From assembly GCA_021845665.1 (NCBI GenBank), contig JAJZVO010000003.1:11026-75025 (forward strand): a DNA stretch of 64,000 nt, in the 5' to 3' direction. The translations under genes were made by a program, and so were the position numbers. Source of the stretch: Bacteroidota bacterium (GTDB taxonomy: Bacteria; Bacteroidota; Ignavibacteria; Kryptoniales; JAKASW01). Position 1 is the first letter of the stretch. Each line of letters opens with the position of its first letter. The notes beneath the pieces were generated by a model. The model had not been told where the DNA came from. It did not search any database and was given only the letters and a program-made list of their open reading frames with translations. Positions 29,554 to 38,689 of this stretch are shown here, one piece after another.

Positions 29554-31968
29554 TCAGTTTGCGATCGGCGTTTCGGCGCGTGCCGGCGGTTTATCTTCCT
29601 TCTTATTCGGACGAAGGGCAAAGCCGAGCACTTCCGGCATTTCGCTGACAAACTTAAACTTCAACTCGTCCCTGACGTGCGGAGGGACTTCGTCGAGATC
29701 GTGCTCGTTCTTCTTCGGAAGGATGACTGTTTTTATGCCCGACCGCACGGCGGCGATGACCTTTTCTTTAACACCTCCGATTGGCAGTACCGCTCCTCTG
29801 AGCGTGATTTCTCCGGTCATCGCAAGGTCGTTGCGGACGAGCCTGCCGGTCAAAAGCGAAACGAGGGCCGTGAGCATCGTTACGCCGGCCGAAGGGCCAT
29901 CCTTGGGTATTGCACCTGCGGGGACGTGGACATGTATATCGTACTTCTCGCGGAAATCGGGTTCCACACCGAGGGCTTCGGCATTCGCCCCGATGAAGCT
30001 GAGCGCCGCCTGGGCCGATTCTTTCATGACGTCGCCAAGTTGGCCGGTAAGAATCAGGCTTCCCTTTCCCTTCATCTTTGTCGCTTCGATGAAGAGTATG
30101 TCGCCGCCGACCGGAGTCCATGCAAGGCCGGTAGCGATGCCCGGCTTATTGATTCTCTCCGAGACTTCGAGGAAAAACTTCTGGTTGCCGAGATATTTTA
30201 CGACGGCTTCGCGGTCGATGATGAACTGCTTCTTCTCTCCCCCAGCCACTTCCATGGCCACGCCTCTGCTGACGTCCGCTATCTTTCTCTCCAGACTCCG
30301 GACGCCGGCTTCCCTGGTGTAACCTGAAATGAGAAAATGTATCGCCTCGTCGGTGAAGTTAATTTGTTTCTCCTTGAGCCCATGCTCGCCGATCTGCTTC
30401 GGAACGAGGAAATTTCTGGCTATATGCAACTTCTCATCGTCGACGTAACTTGGGATCTCAATTATTTCCATCCTGTCTCTCAACGCGGGCGGAATGGGTT
30501 CCATCATGTTAGCCGTCGCGATAAACATCACCTTGGAAAGGTCGAACGGAATCTCGAGATAATGGTCGCTGAACGAAAAATTCTGCTCAGGATCGAGCAC
30601 TTCGAGGAGCGCGCTTGAGGGATCGCCCCTGAAATCCATGCCGAGCTTATCGACTTCATCGAGCATGAAAACCGGGTTGTTGGAACCGGCCTTTTTAATG
30701 CCCTGTATGATTCTGCCGGGGAGCGCACCTATGTACGTACGCCTGTGCCCGCGAATTTCAGCCTCGTCATGCACTCCACCGAGGGACATCCGAACGAATT
30801 TCCTGCCGAGCGCTTTAGCTATCGATTTGCCGAGACTTGTTTTTCCGACGCCCGGAGGGCCGACAAAACAAAGTATCGGACCGCGCATATCGTCCTTCAG
30901 CTTTCTAACGGCGAGGTACTCGAGGATTCTTTTCTTCACCTTCTCGAGTCCGTAATGATCTTTCGCGAGCGACTTCTCCGCAGCCTTTATATCGAGATTG
31001 TCCTCCGTCGAAGTGCTCCAGGGAAGGTCCAGAATCCAATCGAGATAGGTCCTCGAGACCGTATATTCGGCGCTCGAAGCATGCATTCTCTGGAGTCTGT
31101 CGAGCTCTTTCGAAGCTGTAGTCTTCACTTCCTCGGGAAAATTCCCTTCCTCTATTTTCTTCCTGAGCTCGTCGACCTCGACATTCCCTTCGTCCTCACC
31201 GAGTTCATGCTTGATGGCTTTCATTTGTTCGCGCAGGAAATAGTCGCGCTGGCTCTTGTTAATCTCGTCCTGAACTTCTGTCTGAATTTTGTTTCCGAGT
31301 TCGAGGCGCTGGACGAGCTTGCTCAGGTACAGGTTGGATTTCTTCAGTCTCTCCTGGACACCGAGCTCCTCCAGGACTTCCTGCTTCTCTTTGACTGGGA
31401 TATTTATCAGCCACATCGCCATGTCGGCCACATGACCTGGGTCCTCAGTATTCAAGATCAACCCCAGGTGCTCGGGGGTAAGGTCGGGCGCAAGGTCCAC
31501 CGCTTTCCGGAATCCATTCTTTATTGTCGCAACCAGTGCTTCGGTCTCAATCCCCTCGGCTTTCTTGTCTTCAATTCTCTGGACAAAGCCCTTAAGGTAG
31601 GGTTCCTGTTGTACGAGGTTGAATATCTCCGCCCTGTACAGCCCCTGGACAAAAACACTTTTCGACCCGTCGGGCAAATTGTAAACCTTCAGGATTCTCG
31701 CAACGGTACCGATCTTATAGATGTCCTCGGGATTCGGGCGCTCGGTATTGGCATCTCTCTGGGCGACGATCAGAACGGGAAGGTCGTCCCTGAAGGCTTC
31801 ATCGACCAGTTGTATCGTGCTTTTCCTGCCGACCGAAAGCGGCATCATCTGCCGCGGATAGAACACAGAATTTCTAAGCGGCATGATCGGGAGTATTTCC
31901 TGGTTGTAAAGCTTTCCGGGATCTTCCATGACTATTTGTTCGTCCTTGTCGAAATCTTTTTCACTCAT
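29554..31968 (-). CDS. lon: ATP-dependent protease La (paralog 2)
   Basis: LPIMPLRN, GPPGVGKTS, PKDGPSAG, IGGVKEK. Confidence 0.97.
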   Translation of the reverse strand: MSEKDFDKDEQIVMEDPGKLYNQEILPIMPLRNSVFYPRQMMPLSVGRKSTIQLVDEAFRDDLPVLIVAQRDANTERPNPEDIYKIGTVARILKVYNLPDGSKSVFVQGLYRAEIFNLVQQEPYLKGFVQRIEDKKAEGIETEALVATIKNGFRKAVDLAPDLTPEHLGLILNTEDPGHVADMAMWLINIPVKEKQEVLEELGVQERLKKSNLYLSKLVQRLELGNKIQTEVQDEINKSQRDYFLREQMKAIKHELGEDEGNVEVDELRKKIEEGNFPEEVKTTASKELDRLQRMHASSAEYTVSRTYLDWILDLPWSTSTEDNLDIKAAEKSLAKDHYGLEKVKKRILEYLAVRKLKDDMRGPILCFVGPPGVGKTSLGKSIAKALGRKFVRMSLGGVHDEAEIRGHRRTYIGALPGRIIQGIKKAGSNNPVFMLDEVDKLGMDFRGDPSSALLEVLDPEQNFSFSDHYLEIPFDLSKVMFIATANMMEPIPPALRDRMEIIEIPSYVDDEKLHIARNFLVPKQIGEHGLKEKQINFTDEAIHFLISGYTREAGVRSLERKIADVSRGVAMEVAGGEKKQFIIDREAVVKYLGNQKFFLEVSERINKPGIATGLAWTPVGGDILFIEATKMKGKGSLILTGQLGDVMKESAQAALSFIGANAEALGVEPDFREKYDIHVHVPAGAIPKDGPSAGVTMLTALVSLLTGRLVRNDLAMTGEITLRGAVLPIGGVKEKVIAAVRSGIKTVILPKKNEHDLDEVPPHVRDELKFKFVSEMPEVLGFALRPNKKEDKPPARAETPIAN

Positions 31969-32002
31969 GATATAGTTTCTCCTGATGAGGAATCCTTCGC
32001 GT

Positions 32003-32497
32003 TCACGAGAGCCTCATCACAATGTCCAGTAATTCTTCTCTTTGATTTTGCATATCGGATGCAACCGAGCCTAACAAGGCTGCGACGGCGGCGTCACGGA
32101 TGCTGTTCTTCTGATGGACAAGAAGCTCGCTTCTCGATGCGTGTGCCTCCATATCGCCCACGAGGCGCTTGATATTTTGCCTGAAGTCGACATCATCTCT
32201 TGTTTCGGAAGTGACCTGCGGAATTGGGCCGCCGAGACGCACGATCGCTCCTCTGATTAATTCAGCCTGTCCTCTTACTTCGTCGGCGATGTTCTTCAGC
32301 CGGTTGAGAAGAAAAGGATACGGGATCCATTTGGAATGGGAAGACAGATTGGCCGCCAATCTCATAAAGGCCGAGTAATCGTCGCTCAATATGTTCAGGA
32401 TCTTCTCATGCTCTCTTTTGTCGGAGTGCGACACCGAAAGGCTTTCGAGGAAAGCCAACCGGTGATGACTCTTTTCCGCCACATTCTGCTGTAACAT
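32003..32497 (-). CDS. Hypothetical helical protein, ferritin-like fold suspected
   Basis: Four amphipathic helices; IxRLGG turn typical of the ferritin superfamily; GGAGG SD. Confidence 0.5.
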   Translation of the reverse strand: MLQQNVAEKSHHRLAFLESLSVSHSDKREHEKILNILSDDYSAFMRLAANLSSHSKWIPYPFLLNRLKNIADEVRGQAELIRGAIVRLGGPIPQVTSETRDDVDFRQNIKRLVGDMEAHASRSELLVHQKNSIRDAAVAALLGSVASDMQNQREELLDIVMRLS

Positions 32498-32522
32498 TAT
32501 TCCTCCGTTGTAAGAATAGAGT

Positions 32523-32546
32523 GAGGCCCCCGGTCTCGGGAGCCTC
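32523..32546 (-). terminator. Hairpin after hsp20
   Basis: GAGGCCCCCG / CGGGAGCCTC 9/10 stem. Confidence 0.45.
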
Positions 32547-32559
32547 TTGTTGGAATCTC

Positions 32560-33030
32560 TTAAGAGACCTTTACTTCGATCTCTTTCGGTTTCGCTTCTT
32601 CGGCCTTGGGCAAGGTTATCGAAAGTACGCCGTCTTTGAAAGAAGCATCGATCTTGTCGCTCTTGACCGACAGCGGAAGGGAAAAAGCCCTCTCGAACAC
32701 TCCGAAGGAGCGCTCGATGCGATGGACATTGACGTCCTTCTCCTCTTTCTCTTCCTTCTTCTCACCTTTGATGGTGAGGATATTGTCGTGGAGCGTGATC
32801 TTGACATCATTCCTGTTCACGCCGGGAAGTTCTGCTTTGATAAGGTAAGCGTCTTTGTTCTCACTAACATCGACGCGCGGAGCCCACTGAGCTATGACGG
32901 CATTCTCTGCGTCATACTCCGGAAACAGGCCGTCAAAGACGCGCCCGATTTCTCTCTGCATATTTACCAGGTCTCTGAACGGAGTCCAGCTTGAAAGTTC
33001 ACGTTCGGGTTTCCATCTTGTAATCGCCAT
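32560..33030 (-). CDS. Hsp20/alpha-crystallin small heat-shock protein
   Basis: PRVDVSE, AELPGV, ERSFGVFER, ASFKDGVLSITLPK. Confidence 0.95.
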   Translation of the reverse strand: MAITRWKPERELSSWTPFRDLVNMQREIGRVFDGLFPEYDAENAVIAQWAPRVDVSENKDAYLIKAELPGVNRNDVKITLHDNILTIKGEKKEEKEEKDVNVHRIERSFGVFERAFSLPLSVKSDKIDASFKDGVLSITLPKAEEAKPKEIEVKVS

Positions 33031-33068
33031 TTAATCATCCTCCTTTTTTGTTTTCACTTCTGCTATAG

Positions 33069-33084
33069 TTCAAGCACCGTGCCA
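33069..33084 (-). promoter_or_regulatory. Sigma54-like -24/-12 promoter of hsp20 operon
   Basis: TGGCACGGTGCTTGAA about 40 nt upstream of the hsp20 ATG. Confidence 0.55.
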
Positions 33085-33220
33085 ACAGAAAAGGGCTCCA
33101 AAAATGTTCGAAAGAAGACTTCTCCAGTGATCCTCAGACTCATCGGGACAAATTTATCAAAAGGAAAGACATAAGAAGAAAAAACCATGCCTCCGGTTCG
33201 CCAATTTGTCAAAGGAATGG

Positions 33221-34165
33221 TCAGCCGATAGTCTCTTTGTAGAGTCGTTCGATCGTTTGCATGTCTGCTTCATCGATCCGGAAATCACCGCCGACATTTT
33301 CTTCTACCTGTCGGACCGCTCTGGCGCCCACGATAGAAGAAGTGATGGCAGGGTTCATATTGACCCAGGCAACGGCTAGATTCCCGACGGGCTTGTCATA
33401 CTTTGCCGCGATGGGGCGGAGATTCTCAACGAGCGCGAGTTCTTTAGAGAGAAGCGGCTCCTGGAATTTCTTGTCCTTCCTTCTCCAATCATCCTCAGCC
33501 AATCGTTGCATGTTGAATTTTCCGGTAAGTAGGCCGGACATCATGGGGCTGTAGGCAACGACACCGATACCGTTTTGAAGGCAATAGGGAAGGATTTCCA
33601 TAGCGACTTCCTGCATAACGAGACTGTACGGTGGCTGCAGGGATTGGACCGGCGCTACCGATGCACAGCGGCTAAGGAGAGGAACATTGAAGTTGCACAC
33701 ACCTATGTATTTCACCTTCCCTTCTTTTTTGAGTTCGGCCATTACCTGCCATGATTCCTCGACGGGAGTTTCCGGATCGGGCCAATGGAACTGGTACAGG
33801 TCGATGTAATCCGTTCTCAGTCTTTTCAGGCTGTCTTCGACTTCTTTCCTTACGCTTTTCGGCCCGAGATGAATTTTGACATTGCGCCGGTCGTCCCAGA
33901 TCATTCCACATTTGGTTGCGAGGAACACCTTGTCCCGCATTCCGGCAATGGTCTTGCCGACGACCTCTTCCGAATGACCAAGTCCGTAAACCGCGGCGGT
34001 ATCGATCCAATTGATTCCAAGGTCGAGCGCTTTTCTTATGGCTCCGGCCGATACTTCATCGTCAACCGCACCCCAGCCGTAAAGCCATGGGCCTCCGATT
34101 GCCCACGCGCCGAAACCGACTACTGTCAGTTCAGGACCTCCTCTTCCCAATTTTCTTTTTTCCAT
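33221..34165 (-). CDS. Aldo/keto reductase
   Basis: GFGAWAIGG, IDTAAVYG, SLKRLRTDYIDLYQFHWPD; SD before MEKRKLG. Confidence 0.93.
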   Translation of the reverse strand: MEKRKLGRGGPELTVVGFGAWAIGGPWLYGWGAVDDEVSAGAIRKALDLGINWIDTAAVYGLGHSEEVVGKTIAGMRDKVFLATKCGMIWDDRRNVKIHLGPKSVRKEVEDSLKRLRTDYIDLYQFHWPDPETPVEESWQVMAELKKEGKVKYIGVCNFNVPLLSRCASVAPVQSLQPPYSLVMQEVAMEILPYCLQNGIGVVAYSPMMSGLLTGKFNMQRLAEDDWRRKDKKFQEPLLSKELALVENLRPIAAKYDKPVGNLAVAWVNMNPAITSSIVGARAVRQVEENVGGDFRIDEADMQTIERLYKETIG

Positions 34166-34462
34166 ATTGACTCCTGCTCTCTTTTTGTCATCCTGTGTAA
34201 ACATAACTGTGTTCGGATAAAATTCCGACTCCAAGGAGACGCGGCCGAACTGTTAATCAGCCGAAGGACAGCTCAGCTCGCTCACGGTCGGCCACTTGGA
34301 CCGCGTGAATAACGCCGTCACCGTCGTTCGCATCGTGAACGCATTTCACTTTAAGAGCAGTCGACAGCCGGGAGGTGGCTGACCTTGCCTTAGTTTAAAG
34401 CTTGTGTTATACTAAAAAAGTCCTAAAAAACAAGTACAGAGTCGCTTTCTTCCTTTTTATAT

Positions 34463-35053
34463 ATGAAAACTGAACAAATTCCTGCGAAGCACAAAGATTT
34501 CGAGACTGAAATGCTGCCTCATATGGCGGCACTCTACAATTTCGCGCTGAGGATGACGGGGGATCCGGACGACGCAAAAGATCTGGTGCAGGAAACGTAC
34601 ATGAAAGCCTACCGCTTCTTCGACAAATACGCTCAGGGAACGAATGCAAAAGCGTGGTTGTTCCGAATAATGAAGAACTCATACATCAATCGTTACCGGA
34701 AGGAATCGAAAGAGCCGGACAAGATTGATTATGATGACATAAAGGATTTTTACGCCAGTGTCAAGGATTCGGCGGTCGATACGAATGATCTTCAGGAGAA
34801 GATCTTTGGAAATCTTTTTGAAGACGAAGTCGCAAAGGCTTTGCAGGAGTTGCCCGAGGATTTCAGAACAGTCGTCATTCTTTGCGATATAGAAGGATAC
34901 ACTTACGAAGAAATCGCAGACTTCATCGAGATCCCGATCGGAACGGTTAGATCGCGTCTCCATCGGGGAAGAAAAATGTTGCGCTCCATGTTGAGAGACT
35001 ACGCTTTCAAACGAGGATTCAAAGACGTCGACGTTGATACGGACGAAGATTGA
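34463..35053 (+). CDS. ECF sigma-70 factor (SigH/RpoE-like)
   Basis: DAKDLVQET, AWLFRI, YEEIA...GTVRSRLHRGR. Confidence 0.95.
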   Translation: MKTEQIPAKHKDFETEMLPHMAALYNFALRMTGDPDDAKDLVQETYMKAYRFFDKYAQGTNAKAWLFRIMKNSYINRYRKESKEPDKIDYDDIKDFYASVKDSAVDTNDLQEKIFGNLFEDEVAKALQELPEDFRTVVILCDIEGYTYEEIADFIEIPIGTVRSRLHRGRKMLRSMLRDYAFKRGFKDVDVDTDED

Positions 35054-35068
35054 ATACAGAAGGAACTG

Positions 35069-35935
35069 ATGGCGGTGGATTGCAGAGAGTCACGCGATTT
35101 GATGAGCGGTGCTGTTGATAATGAATTGAATCGACAGGAGTCGGAAGGGTTCAACGAGCACATTGAAATTTGCGGCAGCTGCCGCGATGAATACGAGCTT
35201 GAGAAGCTGACGAAGGCCTACCTTAAAAGAAAGATGACTTTCGTAGACGTCCCTTACGACCTCGAAGCGACGATAATAGCCCGGATTTCCTCCGAGGGCA
35301 CCATCAGCTTCCAGCCAGGGTTCTTCTCGAGGCTCCTCTCGAACACGATATTTCAGCCGGTAGCCACGGTCGGAATCATGCTGGCTATAGCTGTGGTACT
35401 TTTCTTCGCCAACAGGTCGAACGTGATAGGGCCTTTTTCGCCGGCCGAATCGATAGAAGCGATCAACGCCTCGGGACCGGACGTACTGACGATGGCAATG
35501 GACAATTTCCAGGATGTGATGAGCGGGAAGTTTGAGCCGCAGATTACTGCGACAAAAGTCGCAGATGTTTCCGCGTACCTCAAGCAAAACGCAGGCGTTG
35601 CTGTTCCGGTCCCGTCGATCCGCGATGCAGATTGGATCGAAGGAAGCGTGACCGACGCGGACGGCGCGAAGGTAACTCACGTCGTTTTCAAGATCGGAGA
35701 TGGGTATATCTACATTTACAGCTTCCCGAGAGAGGCGATGAACTCGAAGCGCGTCAGACTCCCTTCCGATTGCGCCAGCGCCATCGAGAAGAACAAATGG
35801 TACTGGGGGATGGACGAAAACGGTGACACGCAAGCAGTCTGGAGCGACGATAGCCGCGTCTGCGTCGCGACGGCGAACATTGGCAAAAGAGACCTGATCA
35901 ATTACCTCCGAACTTCCGGAAGGACGGCACAATGA
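35069..35935 (+). CDS. Zinc-finger (HxxxCxxC) transmembrane anti-sigma factor
   Basis: HIEICGSC; one TM helix; directly follows the ECF gene. Confidence 0.88.
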   Translation: MAVDCRESRDLMSGAVDNELNRQESEGFNEHIEICGSCRDEYELEKLTKAYLKRKMTFVDVPYDLEATIIARISSEGTISFQPGFFSRLLSNTIFQPVATVGIMLAIAVVLFFANRSNVIGPFSPAESIEAINASGPDVLTMAMDNFQDVMSGKFEPQITATKVADVSAYLKQNAGVAVPVPSIRDADWIEGSVTDADGAKVTHVVFKIGDGYIYIYSFPREAMNSKRVRLPSDCASAIEKNKWYWGMDENGDTQAVWSDDSRVCVATANIGKRDLINYLRTSGRTAQ

Positions 35936-36513
35936 TAAAGAGAATTTTCGTTCTGCTTATGGCTGTCTCGCTTGCTTCGTGCGCGGCCAAACCGGGCAAG
36001 AAAGCGAGCGCAGCTTCGACTGCGGCTCCGGCACCGTCGAAAGCAGTCTACCTGAATAATGTGTCCGCCACCGCCGGCGTCACCTCCGAAGCGGGAAAAA
36101 CCGCCTCCAACTTTTCATGGTATAACAGCGAAGGGATGAAGGTCTCGCTCAGCTCGCTCAGAGGCAAGACGGTACTGATAAACTTCTGGGCCACGTGGTG
36201 CGGTCCATGCAAAGAAGAGCTCCCTGACGTCGAAGCGATCAGCAAACAATACTCGTCAAAGGGATTGGTCGTCATCGGGGTATCGGAAGACAACGGCGAC
36301 AGCGTGCTGAACGACGTTTCACACTTCGCGGCAAAACATGGTCTGACTTACCAGATAGTCGTCGACAACAATGACATCGCAAACGCTTACGGCAACATAA
36401 ACGCGATACCTACATCTTTCATAGTCAACAAGGCCGGCAAGATCGTGGATCAGTGGGTGGGACTCAGGAATAAGTCATTCTTCGAATCCACGATAAAGAA
36501 ATATTTAGATTAA
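35932..36513 (+). CDS. TlpA/ResA-family thiol-disulfide oxidoreductase lipoprotein
   Basis: Lipobox LASC; NFWATWCGPC; IPT cis-Pro. Confidence 0.93.
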   Translation: MIKRIFVLLMAVSLASCAAKPGKKASAASTAAPAPSKAVYLNNVSATAGVTSEAGKTASNFSWYNSEGMKVSLSSLRGKTVLINFWATWCGPCKEELPDVEAISKQYSSKGLVVIGVSEDNGDSVLNDVSHFAAKHGLTYQIVVDNNDIANAYGNINAIPTSFIVNKAGKIVDQWVGLRNKSFFESTIKKYLD

Positions 36514-36660
36514 CTCATAAGCTCCTACCGACATCTTTCAGGAGATAGCAAACCTCCTATCAGGCGAGAGTACAAAAGAACGCTCCTCAAGATATATGTC
36601 TCGTGTGATTGGAACAGGTTTGAAGCTTCAAATTGCGGTAGGGAATTCCCCAGAGGGCTG

Positions 36661-36733
36661 TAGCGCTAACGGGAGTCGAACCCGTGTTTTCGCCTTGAGA
36701 GGGCGACGTCCTAGGCCACTAGACGATGGCGCC
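36661..36733 (-). tRNA. tRNA-Glu(CUC)
   Basis: Cloverleaf GGCGCCA...CTCTCAA anticodon loop...GGTTCGACTCCC; CCA not encoded. Confidence 0.93.
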
Positions 36734-36773
36734 ATGCGTAACGAGAATTTTGAATTCAACATTCAAAGAAGTG

Positions 36774-36846
36774 CTGCCCGGCAAGGGCTCGAACCTTGAC
36801 TTTCCTGATCCAGAGTCAGGCGTGTTGCCAATTACACCACCGGGCA
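36774..36846 (-). tRNA. tRNA-Gln(CUG)
   Basis: TGCCCGG...CTCTGGA loop...GGTTCGAGCCCTTG CCGGGCA G; U1-A72 pair. Confidence 0.93.
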
Positions 36847-37194
36847 ATCTGAAAACGATCTACAAGTGAAAACGCGAACTTTCTCGCCTCAAACGACCGC
36901 TTTCCAATGCGCGCCGCACGGCAAGCACAGGTGAAATTTAAGACCTGCCGGCCAAATTACAAAGTCATTTGCTGATGGGCTATTCAAGAACCGGAATCGG
37001 AAAACCGATGATTCGGGAAACGGACGGGATGAGCACGGACAAGACTCTAATCAACCCTTGTCCGTAAGATTCGGTGCTCTTTCGACGTTCTTCGTGTGCA
37101 TCGATTAGTGAATAGCCCTACCGGACATTTGGCGGTGGGTTGTTCCAAGCTATTCCACACAGAGTAGACTGTAGGCAACATATTCTCACTGTGA

Positions 37195-37722
37195 TCAGAT
37201 ATGCGCCGCGTCGTACGCCTTAACAGATTTCTTAATAGACTCTTTAGCAGCTTGGGCCCCTTCCCAACCGAAACTCTTGACGAACTTCCCTTCAAGCTCC
37301 TTGTAGGTCTCGAAGAAATGTTCGGCTTCACGGAGAAAGTGCCTTGCCACGTCGGTAATATCGAACACATGGTTATAACGAGGATCGAGCGAAGGGACCG
37401 CCAATATCTTGCTGTCAGATCCCTTTTCATCGGTCATCACGAGCACCCCCACCGGCCGTGCGCGGAGCAAGAGTCCGGTCTGCAGCGGCTCCTCGTTTAG
37501 AACCAGGACGTCGAGCGGGTCGCCATCATCCCAGAGCGTGTGTGGAATGAACCCGTAGGCGGTGGGATAGTGAACGGCTGAGTACAACACACGATCCAGC
37601 CTGAAGACTTCGAGTTTCGGATCGTATTCTATTTTAGTGTGAGTTCCTTTCGGTATCTCTATTATGACATTGATTTCATCCGGCGCGGTATCGCCGATCG
37701 GCAATTCCTTTAGATTCGGCAT
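37195..37722 (-). CDS. ppa: Family I inorganic pyrophosphatase
   Basis: IEIPKG, YGFIP, DGDPLDV, FFETYKELE. Confidence 0.96.
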   Translation of the reverse strand: MPNLKELPIGDTAPDEINVIIEIPKGTHTKIEYDPKLEVFRLDRVLYSAVHYPTAYGFIPHTLWDDGDPLDVLVLNEEPLQTGLLLRARPVGVLVMTDEKGSDSKILAVPSLDPRYNHVFDITDVARHFLREAEHFFETYKELEGKFVKSFGWEGAQAAKESIKKSVKAYDAAHI

Positions 37723-37906
37723 TTACTCTCTCAAACTTTGTTGTAGTTTTCTTTCCTTGAAATGGAGGCTCGGCGGAGTGTTGACATAAAACCCGGCGAA
37801 CATGCATCTCACTAACTTCAGATTCTACAACAAAGGGAAAATAGAATTCGTTCTAAGGAACGAGGATCAAGTTAAGGACCGTGCAGAACCAGTAGGGCCG
37901 CTTCGA

Positions 37907-38422
37907 TCAGCGGCCAGTCTTCTCCCTTACGATCTCTATTATCTTCTCGATGCTGACCATTGTTCCGGGACAGCTCTTCAGGGAATAGATTTCCCGGTGT
38001 CCTATTATATGCTCCCTATCGATCGGAATGTTCCAACGCGCGCCTATGCCGGAGACAAGATCAGCGCTCGAATCATACATTTCAGCTGTCCATTCGCTCT
38101 CTTTATAGCCTTCGTGTTCAATACCTATCGTATAGTAATTGGGGTTGATGAATTTATCGTCTGCGGCATCGCGCTTGATCAGTGACCACTGCGGGTCGTT
38201 CACCCGCCCCGCGTGCCAGGCGGTATCCGACTCCCGCACGTAGTGGTGGATCTCTCCATTGATACCGATGCCGTAATGAGCCGACACCTTCGACTTTGGA
38301 TTTTGGAACCAGCTGTCCGTGCCGGCCAGCATCCCTTCCATGATGTGTATTACGATCGCCTCCGGATAATAGCCTCTCCTTCCGGCAGAAAAATTCGGAC
38401 TCGGTATTTCGATTATTTTCAT
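37907..38422 (-). CDS. N-acetylmuramoyl-L-alanine amidase (Amidase_2)
   Basis: IVIH, VSAHY, AWHAG, IGIE, IGHRE, KSCPG. Confidence 0.92.
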   Translation of the reverse strand: MKIIEIPSPNFSAGRRGYYPEAIVIHIMEGMLAGTDSWFQNPKSKVSAHYGIGINGEIHHYVRESDTAWHAGRVNDPQWSLIKRDAADDKFINPNYYTIGIEHEGYKESEWTAEMYDSSADLVSGIGARWNIPIDREHIIGHREIYSLKSCPGTMVSIEKIIEIVREKTGR

Positions 38423-38689
38423 AGCATCACCATTGTACGGTCCATGTTGAGGTCTCGCTGTACTGCAGACACCCGGCACCTACGGTACGGCGATGTAGCC
38501 AGTTAAATCGAATCCACATAAAAGCAGGCATGGAATTGTTAGGCGGTGATGTGCACTTGGACGGTCCGAGGTTGTTACCAACTCCGCTGCCGCGAGCATG
38601 GCAGGAATCGCGCGGGTTTTCATCTTCCCCTCTTCAGGCCCGATCACATTGACGCTGTTCGGCCGATCTTCTCTCCAGGAACAAAAAGG

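Noticed and set aside
36520-36660. Integrative element at the tRNA 3' end
   Set aside because: No integrase and no att duplication seen in the window.
37015-37110. ACGGAC/GTCCGT palindromic stretch between tRNA-Gln and ppa
   Set aside because: Too degenerate to define ends; may be an old repeat but cannot be supported here.
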